64,000 bases of DNA from a virus. Positions within the stretch are counted from its first letter, which is position 1, and every line of letters starts with the position of its first letter. The notes beneath the pieces were generated by a model, which was given only the letters and a program-made list of their open reading frames with translations, was not told where the DNA came from and searched no databases. Below, in pieces: positions 21,000 to 31,343 of this stretch. The stretch covers positions 4,421-68,420 of IMG/VR virus record IMGVR_UViG_3300025141_012093. One strand, written 5' to 3'. Position numbers and translations under genes: made by a program.

Positions 21000-21978
21000 T
21001 GGTTTCTCCTTTTACCTTTTCGTAATCCGAATTATACATTAATTCAGCAAGTTTTTTAAATTTTGTTTTAGGCTCCCATCCTAACTTCTCTTGGGCCTTG
21101 GTTGAGTCACCAAGAAGGTAAGGAACCTCGTGGGGGCGAAAGAGTCTCTCGTCTGTCTCCACGTACTTTTGAGGGTCTAGGTTGGCTGCATCAAATACAT
21201 GATGCAAAAATTCTTCCACCGTGTGAGTTTCCCCTGTAGAAATAACATAATCTTCTGGATGATCTTGTTGCAACATTAACCACATCGCCTTAACGTAGTC
21301 AGCGGCATAGCCCCAATCCCGGTGAGCCTCTAAATTTCCTAAATAGAGTTTGTCTTGAAGGCCAAGTTTGATTCGGGCGGCGGCCAAAGTAATTTTTCGT
21401 GTTACAAACGTTTCTCCACGTCGAGGTGATTCGTGATTAAAAAGAATACCGCTGGAGACGTGTAGGCCGTAAGACTCTCTATAATTTCTTATGAGGTTGT
21501 GAGCAAAGACTTTGGCACAAGCATATGGGGAAGCGGGCATTAGTCGAGAATGTTCATCAAAAGGGTATTCAGGATTGTCTCCAAACATCTCAGAAGATGA
21601 GGCCTGATAGAACCTTGCATTGGGTACAATGTGTCTCATTGCTTCAAGAAGTCGCAAAGTCCCTAACGCAACACCGTCTACGGTGTTTTCTGGGACATCA
21701 AAGGAGACCCTAACGTGGGATTGTGCAGCTAGATTGTAAATTTCTGTTGGCTTGTGTTTGGAAAGCAACTTCCACATACAAGAAGAATCGTTAAGATCAA
21801 AATATTCTAAGATAAGGTTGGGATCTTCGTAGATGTGATCTATCCTTTCAGTGCAAATGGTCGAAGTTCGGCGTTTGCATCCAACAACCTTGTACTGCTT
21901 GGATAACAACAACTCAGCCAAGTACGAGCCATCTTGACCCGTAATGCCTGTTATGAGAGCTACTCTTTCTTTCCCCAT
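20986..21978 (-). CDS. gmd: GDP-mannose 4,6-dehydratase
   Basis: [49 protein letters not shown]. Confidence 0.97.
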   Translation of the reverse strand: MGKERVALITGITGQDGSYLAELLLSKQYKVVGCKRRTSTICTERIDHIYEDPNLILEYFDLNDSSCMWKLLSKHKPTEIYNLAAQSHVRVSFDVPENTVDGVALGTLRLLEAMRHIVPNARFYQASSSEMFGDNPEYPFDEHSRLMPASPYACAKVFAHNLIRNYRESYGLHVSSGILFNHESPRRGETFVTRKITLAAARIKLGLQDKLYLGNLEAHRDWGYAADYVKAMWLMLQQDHPEDYVISTGETHTVEEFLHHVFDAANLDPQKYVETDERLFRPHEVPYLLGDSTKAQEKLGWEPKTKFKKLAELMYNSDYEKVKGETNETF

Positions 21979-22190
21979 CTTATTCCATTCCATATTCTTT
22001 CGTGAGCAATAAATAATGTAAACATTAAAATATGATAAGCAAGTGACAAAATCACAAACGAATCAGTTTCCATAGAAAAACAATCATTTTCTATCTGTGA
22101 GAAAGTCGCGATGGCGACGACGGGTAGCATTATGAAGCCAAGCAACTTCCAGGTTATTGCCTTGGCAATACTTCTTGTTTTACTATCCAT
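21960..22190 (-). CDS. DUF2061-like small membrane protein
   Basis: [14 protein letters not shown]...[11 protein letters not shown]. Confidence 0.75.
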   Translation of the reverse strand: MDSKTRSIAKAITWKLLGFIMLPVVAIATFSQIENDCFSMETDSFVILSLAYHILMFTLFIAHERIWNGIRWGKKE

Positions 22191-22872
22191 TAAACCCTCT
22201 TAGGTGAGATCTAATCATCAAGCGACTGTGATTATCCTCAACGCGACCGCCAAGGTGGAAAACGTCTGTATCGAATACAATCAAGGTGCCTGCTGGTCCG
22301 CATATAGGAACGATATCTTCTTCAGAATAACCTAGTTCAGGGTAATCAATAAGTGGCCAGTTTTTGATACTTGCGTAAGGGACGTTTGGATCGGTGGTAG
22401 CTTGTGTTCTTAAATAAGAACCATCGATGTGTGTGCCAGGAATAATACTCAAGGGTGCGTCTTCTTTTTCCACATCTGTCAAATAAAGCATGTATTTAAA
22501 AGTAAGAATACGGTCAAAATGCAAGATACCATTGCGACTTACACCTTTATCATTACGAAAATCATTTTGAACAAAAATTTCAGTAAACCGTACATATTTG
22601 CCAGTATATTCATGGAACTGCTGAAACATCCAAGGTTGACTAAAGAACGCAGCGAGTTCTGGATTTGGGACTCTGTTTCCATCAATCGAGCCGATTCTGG
22701 CTACTTTTCCAAATAGGTAATCGGACTCTTCAGTATCTTCGATAATCTTCTCTGCTTCTTTTTTTATGGAAGAAACATCATCCAAGTATCCTTTACAAAC
22801 GGCGAAGCCATATTCTTGGAGTGTTTCCACCGCTTTATTTTCAAAATCATCTTTAGCTAGTTCAAAATCCAT
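22183..22872 (-). CDS. PhyH-family Fe(II)/2-oxoglutarate dioxygenase
   Basis: HFD, YLTDV, IPGTH, AGTLIVFD...HLGG...R. Confidence 0.85.
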   Translation of the reverse strand: MDFELAKDDFENKAVETLQEYGFAVCKGYLDDVSSIKKEAEKIIEDTEESDYLFGKVARIGSIDGNRVPNPELAAFFSQPWMFQQFHEYTGKYVRFTEIFVQNDFRNDKGVSRNGILHFDRILTFKYMLYLTDVEKEDAPLSIIPGTHIDGSYLRTQATTDPNVPYASIKNWPLIDYPELGYSEEDIVPICGPAGTLIVFDTDVFHLGGRVEDNHSRLMIRSHLRGFNG

Positions 22873-22873
22873 T

Positions 22874-23836
22874 TTATTTCTCCTTGCTTTTTTGCTTGTC
22901 CATAAAATATCTAATAGTTTCTTTTAAATTCTCTTCAAATCTTTGATTTCCATCCAGGGCAAAACCTAAATTGCTTAGTCTGTTTGCATCCACTGAATAT
23001 CTGAAATCATGTCCTAAGCGATCAGGGACAAATTCTATTGATGATTTAAAATCCCTGTTTAAGATCGCAGTAATTTTTTTGACAATTTCTAAGTTTTCTT
23101 GCTCATTGGAGGAAGAAATGTTGTATATCTTGTTAAATTCTGAATTGAGGAGTATGTGTTCAATAGCTCGGGGCGTATCTTTAACATAAGTCCACTCACG
23201 AATGTTTCGACCTGTGCCATAGATTGGTATTTTCTCATCATTTAATAATTTACGCATAATGGTAGGAAGAAACTTTTCCTCGTGCTGGCGGGGGCCAAAG
23301 TTGTTAGATGGCCGCACCATTAAGTATTCTACTCCGTAAGTATTTGCATATGCTTTAATCATATGTTCTGCTGCTGCTTTTGTTGCTGAATAGGGATTCT
23401 TAGGATTAAGGTGATCAGTTTCGGTAAACGACCCAGCTTTAATGTCTCCATAAACTTCATCCGTCGAAAGGTGGAACAAGCGAGTGTCAGCTTGGCGGCA
23501 GACTTCAAGAAGCGATCTAACTCCGTCAATATTACTTTTGATGAAAGCATCACAAGAGCGGATAGAATTATCAACGTGAGTTTCAGCAGCAAAGTTAATT
23601 ATCCACTTAATATCGCGCAATTGACAAATTTCTAACATCTTAGAAGTATCGCAGATGTTGGCATTAAAAAGTTTAAAATTGTGATTATCGTAATGATCTC
23701 GTATATTTGAGGCGCTTCCGGCATATGTAAAACAATCTACGCCATCGACCTTGTATCCTTTTTCTAAAAAATAATCTACGGCGTGGCTTCCAATAAACCC
23801 GGCGCAGCCAGTAATCAACAAGTTTGGCTTACTCAA
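22874..23836 (-). CDS. rmlB: dTDP-glucose 4,6-dehydratase
   Basis: TGCAGFIG, FAAETHVDNSI, STDEVYG, YSATK, DRLGHDFRY. Confidence 0.95.
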   Translation of the reverse strand: MSKPNLLITGCAGFIGSHAVDYFLEKGYKVDGVDCFTYAGSASNIRDHYDNHNFKLFNANICDTSKMLEICQLRDIKWIINFAAETHVDNSIRSCDAFIKSNIDGVRSLLEVCRQADTRLFHLSTDEVYGDIKAGSFTETDHLNPKNPYSATKAAAEHMIKAYANTYGVEYLMVRPSNNFGPRQHEEKFLPTIMRKLLNDEKIPIYGTGRNIREWTYVKDTPRAIEHILLNSEFNKIYNISSSNEQENLEIVKKITAILNRDFKSSIEFVPDRLGHDFRYSVDANRLSNLGFALDGNQRFEENLKETIRYFMDKQKSKEK

Positions 23837-24716
23837 TTAGTTCTCCTTTGGCTAGCTTGAAAAGATAGTCACTATAATTTGTTTTGCCCAGGTCGATGGC
23901 CAACTCAACTAGCTCTTCTTGAGTTATGTAACCCATTCGATAGGCAATCTCCTCCACACAGGCTATTTTAAGACCTTGACGGTTCTCAACTGTCTGTACG
24001 AATTGAGACGCATCCAGTAATGAATCATGGGACCCAGCGTCAAACCAGGCATACCCACGGCCCATAATTTGCAATTTAAGGCGATTTTTCTTTAAATATT
24101 CTTCATTAATTGAGGTTATCTCAAGTTCTCCGCGCTGTGATGGCTTAATGGTCTTTGCAAGTTGAATAACGTCATTATTATAATAATAAAGTCCCACTGC
24201 TGCACAATTAGAGCGGGGGTTCTCTGGCTTCTCTTCAACACTGAGGACATTCTTTTGTTCGTCGTATTCTACGATGCCATATTTTTCAGGATCGGAGACG
24301 TAATATCCAAAGATAACCGCGTTATTATTTTCTGTTGTTTCTTTGACACCTTCTTGCAGAAGATCGATCAGTTCGTTTCCGTAAAAAATGTTATCACCCA
24401 GAATCAAACACACATCATCATCACCAATGAATTCCTCGCCAATCAAAAAACATTCAGCGATTCCATTGGCTTGTTCTTGAGGAGCGTAGCTTATTTGCAG
24501 GCCCAACTTTGATCCGTCGCCAAATAGGGACTGAAACAAAGATAGGTGTTCTGGACGGCTGATGATAAGAATGTCTCGGATTCCAGAAAGCATCAAAGTA
24601 GACAGTGAATAATAAATCATTGGTTTATCATACACTGGTAAGAGTTGCTTCGTCGTTATTTTGGTCAAAGGATATAGACGAGTTCCTAGACCACCTGCTA
24701 AAATAATTCCTTTCAT
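23829..24716 (-). CDS. rmlA: Glucose-1-phosphate thymidylyltransferase
   Basis: MKGIILAGGLGTRLYP, KQLLPVYDKPMIYY, RGELEIT, WFDAG. Confidence 0.97.
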   Translation of the reverse strand: MKGIILAGGLGTRLYPLTKITTKQLLPVYDKPMIYYSLSTLMLSGIRDILIISRPEHLSLFQSLFGDGSKLGLQISYAPQEQANGIAECFLIGEEFIGDDDVCLILGDNIFYGNELIDLLQEGVKETTENNNAVIFGYYVSDPEKYGIVEYDEQKNVLSVEEKPENPRSNCAAVGLYYYNNDVIQLAKTIKPSQRGELEITSINEEYLKKNRLKLQIMGRGYAWFDAGSHDSLLDASQFVQTVENRQGLKIACVEEIAYRMGYITQEELVELAIDLGKTNYSDYLFKLAKGELIE

Positions 24717-25624
24717 TTTACACAATCAATTATATAGTTGACCTCTTTATCTGTTAAGGCTTCATTGAATGGAATGCTCAATGTTGTAGTGGCGATGGCC
24801 TCGGAGAGAGGGCACGCAAACTTATGGCCGTTGTTATAGACCGGATTGAGGTGACTGGCTTCATAATGAATGCCGGTTACAATTCCTTTTTCCTTTAACT
24901 CTTTCATCTTTTCTTTGTTATCTTTGGTTACAATGCGATAAAGATGTGAGCTAGTGTTGTTGTATCCGAGTGCCTCGTTGTACATCTCTCTAACCTCTTG
25001 TAATCTTTGCATTTTTGCAGGTAATTTCTTGAGGTTTTCTGATACCACTGTGGCCTGGAATGAGTTCAGATACATTTTCCAACCAGGGAATTTAATTTTT
25101 CTTTCCCAATTATTGTCAGCATAGCTCATCCCGTTCAGAACGGCCTCTTTATAATAAGCTATCTTATCATAATCGTCTGAAACAATCATTCCGCCGTCGA
25201 TTCCACCAACAGGCTTTGTAGGGTAGAAGCTAAAGAACATAAGATCTTCTGGGTTTGCTTCTTTCTTGAATTGACCTTTCTCGACTTTTTGGGCCGAGTC
25301 GATGACCTTGTAGTCGTCAAAGCGATGCAAGACGTAAGAATCGCCCACCCAATCAACATTATCCACAAAGTTGACCTTGTTACCGCCGTTTACAACAGCG
25401 TTAAGAACCACAGGCGGAATAACGCTTGGGATATCAACCGTAGTGTTTTTATTTAATAATATCAAGAAGATAGCATTAGTGGCACTACAAATCGAACAAG
25501 CGTATTTGGCGCCGACATATTCAGCAAATTTTTGTTCTAGCTCTGTTACGATAGGATCGTGTAAGATGTGCTTGAAATCTGCTGTGTTTACAGAATAATT
25601 ATTCAGATGAAACAGGTTGATCAT
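24713..25624 (-). CDS. DegT/DnrJ/EryC1/StrS PLP sugar aminotransferase (compact)
   Basis: IDSAQ, FSFYPTKP...GG, GIHY, LSIP. Confidence 0.85.
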   Translation of the reverse strand: MINLFHLNNYSVNTADFKHILHDPIVTELEQKFAEYVGAKYACSICSATNAIFLILLNKNTTVDIPSVIPPVVLNAVVNGGNKVNFVDNVDWVGDSYVLHRFDDYKVIDSAQKVEKGQFKKEANPEDLMFFSFYPTKPVGGIDGGMIVSDDYDKIAYYKEAVLNGMSYADNNWERKIKFPGWKMYLNSFQATVVSENLKKLPAKMQRLQEVREMYNEALGYNNTSSHLYRIVTKDNKEKMKELKEKGIVTGIHYEASHLNPVYNNGHKFACPLSEAIATTTLSIPFNEALTDKEVNYIIDCVK

Positions 25625-26690
25625 TTGTATTAGTTCCTAAAAATAGTGATACCATTTGCAATTCTTGATGGCTCTTGGTGAGAACCTGAAAGGGTGTAGG
25701 TGATGAATGATTTTTTAAATCGTATTTATCCAGCGTCTCTAATGTTTTAGCAATTAAATCACTGTTGTCAATTTTTTTACACTCTTCATACTTCTCGCGC
25801 AGCAGGTCCTCTTGGTTGGGTAACTTGTGGACATATGCCGAGCGAAAGCTTTCTTGAGCCGTGGCGATGTCTATGCCATCGCAATGACTCATAGCCGCAG
25901 CTATAACGTCAGTCATCCGTGAAAAATCGTTAACCCAGTAATCAGAGTTTATCCACTCTTTCTGCGGTGGGAAGTGATTTCCTTTGGTGGTTCGAGGAGT
26001 TGCTATCTGATGTAAAAGAAACAAGTCCCCTTGGCGGTTACCGTTGCCCCACAATATATTTAAATAAGATATAATTTGCTCTGTAAATCTAAAATTGGAA
26101 GGATTGGCCAGAGCATTTAATTTGTACGCTACTTGAATATATTCACTTCGCGTTACATTGTGCCAGTTGCTATGAAAGTGTTTGGATTGATCTAAAATCC
26201 TTTCGGCGGCGGTGGTGCCTGTAATTGAATCTGGATAAAGGGTGTATAGATCTGGCCCCAGCCTAAGCTTCCCATAAACTTTTTCTGAAACCCCAATTTG
26301 ATTCAGTGCTCCACGAGAAGACGCATAGCCAGGATTGTTGATAAGGAAATTCATATTTTCATAAGCGGCTGTAATAAAAAAGAAATCATCATTATCCATT
26401 ACAAGCGCAAAAGGCGTGTCAATTTTATCCACTACATCAGCCATCTTTGTATGGTAATCAGTCAGGTCTTCATCATATGGATATTCCACATATCCATAGT
26501 GCAATGAGTCAAGAAATTCTTGTTTTCTTAGAATCTCACGAAGAGGCTCATGAGAACCTCCATCAGCAATTAAAAATTTAAAAGGACACTGTAAGGTGTT
26601 GTAATATCCTAGCATCCTTGCCGTATAGTGTGCCCTATCTTTTAGCGGCATTAGAATAGTCAAGCTTGTATCCAAATGGGATTTAGCCAC
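25599..26690 (-). CDS. GT-A glycosyltransferase, TIGR00180-like
   Basis: TILMPLKDR, IADGGS, DNDDFF. Confidence 0.75.
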   Translation of the reverse strand: MAKSHLDTSLTILMPLKDRAHYTARMLGYYNTLQCPFKFLIADGGSHEPLREILRKQEFLDSLHYGYVEYPYDEDLTDYHTKMADVVDKIDTPFALVMDNDDFFFITAAYENMNFLINNPGYASSRGALNQIGVSEKVYGKLRLGPDLYTLYPDSITGTTAAERILDQSKHFHSNWHNVTRSEYIQVAYKLNALANPSNFRFTEQIISYLNILWGNGNRQGDLFLLHQIATPRTTKGNHFPPQKEWINSDYWVNDFSRMTDVIAAAMSHCDGIDIATAQESFRSAYVHKLPNQEDLLREKYEECKKIDNSDLIAKTLETLDKYDLKNHSSPTPFQVLTKSHQELQMVSLFLGTNTNDQPVSSE

Positions 26691-27804
26691 TTAGCACCTT
26701 CTTTATTTTGTCACAAACGAAGCTCATCTGGTCTACAGTGAGATTAGCTGCGCCAGGTAAGTTAACTCCTCTGTTTGAGATGTCGTATGCATTTACGTTT
26801 TTATTTTCGTATATGCTGAACTCATTGTAAGCCGGAAGTTTTGACAAAGGATAAAAGAAAGGCCGTACAGGAGCGCCTTCCTTCGCCAGTTTGTTTATGA
26901 ACTCGTTCTTGGTGAGTCCGTGAGATTTACCCAGGACCATAGCTGTAATCCAATAACTGTTGAAAACATTTTCGGGCTCAATGTTGAATTCCAAATCTGG
27001 GATGTCTTTTAAATTCTCTTTGTAAAAATTAAATTGTTGTCTCTTCTTGTCAACCAACTCGTCAAGCCTTAAGAACTGAGCATATCCAAGGGCAGCTTGA
27101 ACATTAAATGGCATATATTTATGAGCTACCTCTAAAATGTAATAAGGAATTGAATTAGACCTTCCGTGATCCCGTAAAAACATACATCTTTCATAAAGTT
27201 CAGGATTATCGATAAGAAGCATCCCCCCTTCGCCACTTGTAATAGTCTTCGTTCGATGAAAGCTAAAGGTTGATCCTACGCCAAACTTGCCAGACCTAAC
27301 GCCGTCAAGCGTGGACCCTAAAGACTCGGCTGCGTCTTCGATAAGGTAGAGGTTGTGATCTTCAGCGATCTTCTCTAATCGCTGCATATCGCTCATATTA
27401 CCAAAAAGATTAACTGTGATAATAGCCTTTGTCTTTGGAGTTATGTTCTCAAGAACAGAATCAGGATCAATGCACCAAGAATCCTTTTCAATATCACAGA
27501 AGACCGGCTTGGCCCCAAGCCAAGAAATGCCTGCGGTGCTTCCAATCCAAGTACATTCAGGAACCAAAACCTCGTCCCCTTCTTCGATTCCGAGGGCCTT
27601 GAGTAAAAGATGGATGGCTGTTGTGCAGTTTGGTGTCATAATCCCGTATTTGCGATCATGATATTCAGCAAATTTATCTTGAAAAAGCTCACAATAATAA
27701 TACGCCTTGTCGCCATACCAGCCGTTTTTCATAGCGTCCATCACGATATCAATTTCATGTTGCGTAATATCCGGTCCTGCTGCGTATATGGGGCCATCTA
27801 CCAC
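26683..27804 (-). CDS. DegT-family aminotransferase, perosamine synthase-like
   Basis: NCTTAIHL, IEDAAESLG, FSFHRTKTITSGEGG; GTG start at 27804 after SD AGGGAGG. Confidence 0.9.
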   Translation of the reverse strand: MVDGPIYAAGPDITQHEIDIVMDAMKNGWYGDKAYYYCELFQDKFAEYHDRKYGIMTPNCTTAIHLLLKALGIEEGDEVLVPECTWIGSTAGISWLGAKPVFCDIEKDSWCIDPDSVLENITPKTKAIITVNLFGNMSDMQRLEKIAEDHNLYLIEDAAESLGSTLDGVRSGKFGVGSTFSFHRTKTITSGEGGMLLIDNPELYERCMFLRDHGRSNSIPYYILEVAHKYMPFNVQAALGYAQFLRLDELVDKKRQQFNFYKENLKDIPDLEFNIEPENVFNSYWITAMVLGKSHGLTKNEFINKLAKEGAPVRPFFYPLSKLPAYNEFSIYENKNVNAYDISNRGVNLPGAANLTVDQMSFVCDKIKKVLSG

Positions 27805-28088
27805 GGAAACCTCCCTGTAATGATATGCCAAATCATCAACCAATCCGATAACTTAGCTCGAATCGGATCTGTCCAAGCTGCTGGTTTGTTCTTTTCGAAG
27901 AATAAGTGGCCAGTCCACGCAAATGGATAAATAATAAAAGGGGTCAACAACAAGGCAAACCAATGCTGATTGTAAATCGCCCAGAACACAAACATCAAAG
28001 TTATCACGTTTCCAATTACGTGTAATCTGCGATTGTATTTGTTTTGATGTAGAGTCAAATATTTGACGTAATATTTTTTAAAAGTCAT
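27798..28088 (-). CDS. Mpo1/DUF962-like membrane protein
   Basis: YLTLHQ...RRLHVIG...YPFAWTGHLFFEKNKPA. Confidence 0.85.
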   Translation of the reverse strand: MTFKKYYVKYLTLHQNKYNRRLHVIGNVITLMFVFWAIYNQHWFALLLTPFIIYPFAWTGHLFFEKNKPAAWTDPIRAKLSDWLMIWHIITGRFPW

Positions 28089-28815
28089 TTCTATCCACCG
28101 ATAAAGGGTTGTCGCCTTTTTCTACCACACAAGTACCCTTATAAAAAGACAATCCTATCACATTTCTATCAAAATAGGAAGCGTTAACTTCGCTATCGTC
28201 AGGAATTCCTACATATTCTTGGCGGCCACCTTTGTGGAACCTGAAGTTAACACCATCAATCAAGTCTTTGAGATATTCAATAGCTGTTGTAGGCTTTTTT
28301 AAACCGCCGCCCCACTTGGGCCAGTAAGATGTACCTAAGTCCTCAATAATGTAAAGGCCGCCGTCTCTTAGGCCATTCTTAAAAAGGTATTCAAAACTAA
28401 TGATTTGATGCTCTACGATATGGCTGGCGTCGTCGATGATGACATCGAATGGGCCAGCTTCTTCGCAGACTCTTTGCAACAAATTTAAATCTGTTTGGTC
28501 TCCAATAAAAACTTTAACTCTTTCTGCTTTAAATTCCCTTAGAGGATCGGCGTTGTATTCAAGGCCGTAAATATGTCCCATAGGAAAATAATCCTTCCAC
28601 ATATTCAAAGAATCGCCCTCTTTGACCCCAATTTCTAAGACCCTCGGCGCTTGAGTCTTTAAGTGAGACAAGTGGCGATGATAGAAGTGACAATACTGCA
28701 CACATTCTGGGTCGGTGATCTTGGTGCTATTATAGCGTGTGGCAATTTGGATAAGCTCATTGTTACTGTTTCCAAACTTTTCTAAAACCTCTTGGTGGGT
28801 GTATCTCTTGTTCAT
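28078..28815 (-). CDS. SAM-dependent sugar O-methyltransferase (MycE/ElmM-like)
   Basis: VLEIGV..GDSL.MW, GDQTD, FDVIIDDASH, GGLYIIEDLGTSYW. Confidence 0.85.
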   Translation of the reverse strand: MNKRYTHQEVLEKFGNSNNELIQIATRYNSTKITDPECVQYCHFYHRHLSHLKTQAPRVLEIGVKEGDSLNMWKDYFPMGHIYGLEYNADPLREFKAERVKVFIGDQTDLNLLQRVCEEAGPFDVIIDDASHIVEHQIISFEYLFKNGLRDGGLYIIEDLGTSYWPKWGGGLKKPTTAIEYLKDLIDGVNFRFHKGGRQEYVGIPDDSEVNASYFDRNVIGLSFYKGTCVVEKGDNPLSVDRNDF

Positions 28816-28829
28816 TTTTTACCTCGGAG

Positions 28830-29594
28830 TTAATCGTATTGTCCCTGATCTTCCTCTATTTGAAGCCGGACAAAATATTTCTTTTCATTGTGAATAAAAT
28901 AAGCAGACTTGTTATTTTTAAACGTTCTAGCTCTTATGATGTTTATTAAATCTTTACCAATATAAGAACGATTCAGATCAATGCAAGAATGAGTCTCAAT
29001 TTCTTTAGATAAATGAAAATCGCCTGCTTCCAGATCTGGCTTCTTAAGCGCGTAAGAGCCCTCTAATATATTGACATAATTTTTCTTAAACAAGTATACC
29101 ATATGATTTAAAGATTTTTCATATATTTCGTCACCTGTGTCGCTGATATTTGTGGTATAAAGCTCTTGAAATAAGATGCTTCCTTCGTCCACGTTCTCAT
29201 TGATAAAGTGAAGTGTGCTTCCTGTAGGGTTTTCGTTTACAGTAGCCCAGTAATATGGGTGTTTTCCTCGATTTAGCGGAATAAGACTTGGATGCGTATT
29301 GATAAAGCCTGTGTTGACACTTTCAATAATTTCTTTTTTAAGGATAGTTGGCCACCATAAGAGCATCCCGATGTCAATATTTTCCTCTTGAAGTAGGAAT
29401 TTGAATTCAGGGGTATTGCATCTTATGTTGGTGTAACACGGGATCTCATTTTCTAAACAAAGAGTCTTGATTTTGTCTTTATAGGGTGAGTCTTGCTGGG
29501 CTATGACAAATCTAACCGGATCTTTTTTTGTCTTAAAGATAAAGTCTAGCAGTTCATAGCCAACCCACTTGTCCGCGCACACCGCAATGTTCAA
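28830..29594 (-). CDS. Sugar N-formyltransferase (N10-formyl-THF dependent)
   Basis: INTHPSLIP.NRG, GSTLHFI...VDEGSI, IRART. Confidence 0.88.
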   Translation of the reverse strand: MNIAVCADKWVGYELLDFIFKTKKDPVRFVIAQQDSPYKDKIKTLCLENEIPCYTNIRCNTPEFKFLLQEENIDIGMLLWWPTILKKEIIESVNTGFINTHPSLIPLNRGKHPYYWATVNENPTGSTLHFINENVDEGSILFQELYTTNISDTGDEIYEKSLNHMVYLFKKNYVNILEGSYALKKPDLEAGDFHLSKEIETHSCIDLNRSYIGKDLINIIRARTFKNNKSAYFIHNEKKYFVRLQIEEDQGQYD

Positions 29595-30496
29595 CTCTGA
29601 CCTCCAGATAACAACTTCATAGCATCCCCAATTGCATCCCGTAGGCTATCTTTTGGCGCAAACCCAAGATTCTTGATCTTGTCAAAGTTCACATAGTAGC
29701 TGAATTGATTTAAAAGGGGCGTATCCACATATTCAACATTTGTTTTCTTCTTCTCTTGGATAAATCCTACAATTTCTGACAGCTTGTAATTCTCAGTCAA
29801 TACATTGTAAATTTGATTGTAACTTTTTGGATTTTTTAAAATGATTTCAATAGCTTGCGTCGCATCGTCGAGGCCAAGATAGGGCCGGTACTGATTGACG
29901 TTTTCTTTCCACACCGTGAGTGATTGGCCAAATGCAGCCTGATAACAAAATTTATTTATGGCAGTGTGGAATCTCATACCAACGCTTGTACCAAATATTG
30001 TACCAAAACGCAAAATGACATAATTTAAATTATCTGTTTTCTTAATGTGTTTTTCAATGCTTATCTTGGAACGCGCATAGGGGCTCTGCGGATTTACATT
30101 GTCGTCATCCTCGTACATTACATCCCTAGCTTTCCCATAAACACTGGTGGATGAAGGAAAAATAAAAACTGGACCATTAGATTGGGACACTGTATCGATG
30201 AGTCTTTTGGTCTCAACAATGTTCGTGTATTCCAATTCTTCTCGGTTTTTAAAACTAGCCGCTGCATTGGTGATGGCACCAAGGTGGATGATTGCATCGA
30301 ACTTGTTGATGTGTTCGACAGTTAGATCTCCAAAAGAAGTATCGTCAAAGGTAATCTTTCTCTTCATATCAAACAAGGTGCAGTACCTCTGACTATGGAG
30401 ATTGTCAACTACCGTTAAATCGTAACTTGGGTCTAGGGTTTTTATAAGGTGGGAGCCAATATGACCAAGACCACCTGTTATTAAAATTTGTTTCAA
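29591..30496 (-). CDS. NAD-dependent sugar epimerase/reductase (extended SDR)
   Basis: TGGLGHIG, SSTSVYG, YARSK. Confidence 0.88.
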   Translation of the reverse strand: MKQILITGGLGHIGSHLIKTLDPSYDLTVVDNLHSQRYCTLFDMKRKITFDDTSFGDLTVEHINKFDAIIHLGAITNAAASFKNREELEYTNIVETKRLIDTVSQSNGPVFIFPSSTSVYGKARDVMYEDDDNVNPQSPYARSKISIEKHIKKTDNLNYVILRFGTIFGTSVGMRFHTAINKFCYQAAFGQSLTVWKENVNQYRPYLGLDDATQAIEIILKNPKSYNQIYNVLTENYKLSEIVGFIQEKKKTNVEYVDTPLLNQFSYYVNFDKIKNLGFAPKDSLRDAIGDAMKLLSGGQS

Positions 30497-30918
30497 GTCT
30501 TCTTCAACTCCAGAAATTGCTGGTAGTCCGTAATGTAATCTTTTGGATCATACGAAGTGCTTGATAATACCAGCAAAACGGAGTTTTGTAAAGTGTAAAC
30601 ACATTCATCCCATATCATCGAAGGGATATATAAGCCCTGAGTTGGGCTTTCAAGACTATAAATTCTTTTGGACTTACCATCGCGACAGTGTACGTCAATG
30701 CGTCCACTTAGACAAATTAAAATTTGTTCAGTTGTGTGATGAGCGTGTTTCCCTCTGATGGAGTCTTTGGGTGTGTCAAAAACGTAGAACATTCGCTTGG
30801 GAACGAAAGGCAAGTCCGAGTCCAATTCGAAAGGAAGCAAAGCTCCGTCCTTATAACCATCTTTAAAGCTGTACTTGGCAGTAAACCACAGTCTCTGTAT
30901 ATCATTCAGCCTAGTCAT
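30493..30918 (-). CDS. dTDP-sugar 3,4-ketoisomerase, FdtA/QdtA (WxcM-like) cupin
   Basis: PFVPKRMFY, RGKHAH, GLYIP..W, LLVLSS..YD..DYI. Confidence 0.9.
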   Translation of the reverse strand: MTRLNDIQRLWFTAKYSFKDGYKDGALLPFELDSDLPFVPKRMFYVFDTPKDSIRGKHAHHTTEQILICLSGRIDVHCRDGKSKRIYSLESPTQGLYIPSMIWDECVYTLQNSVLLVLSSTSYDPKDYITDYQQFLELKKT

Positions 30919-31343
30919 TTGCTTTTGGTATCCCAACACTCGCCAAAATGGCCCGGTAAAGCTTTTTTTTCATCAGGGTTTTCCATATCGTATTTTTCAT
31001 CTAAATAATACATCATTATAGAGTTAGGTTCTAGAGCTTTGTAGCCGTGATAAATACCAGGCGGAATTTTTAAAACTCTAAGATTCTTATCAGAAATATA
31101 TTCCCACTCAACGTTATAACTTCCGTCCTTTTGCGGATAAGCCAGTCCTACCTTGAAAGAGCCTTTTGGGCAAAACCAATAGTCAGTTTGTCTGTCGTGA
31201 CTGTGCCAAGCAACAACATGCTCTGTAGAATTAACGTAAGATATGTTAATCTGGCCGCGTATTTCATCAAAGATATCAAACAACCTCTGGGCTCTATCGT
31301 CTTCGTGAAAAGCCACTCTTCTGAAAGAAACTTTAGTAGTCAC
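30915..31343 (-). CDS. RmlC-like dTDP-sugar 3,5-epimerase cupin
   Basis: HEDDR, AWHSH..QTD, IPPGIYHGYK. Confidence 0.8.
   Translation of the reverse strand: MTTKVSFRRVAFHEDDRAQRLFDIFDEIRGQINISYVNSTEHVVAWHSHDRQTDYWFCPKGSFKVGLAYPQKDGSYNVEWEYISDKNLRVLKIPPGIYHGYKALEPNSIMMYYLDEKYDMENPDEKKALPGHFGECWDTKSK

Noticed and set aside
22183-22872. TET/JBP-like DNA base hydroxylase feeding DNA glycosylation
   Set aside because: Motifs fit PhyH-type dioxygenases; no DNA methylase or hydroxymethylase partner is in the window.
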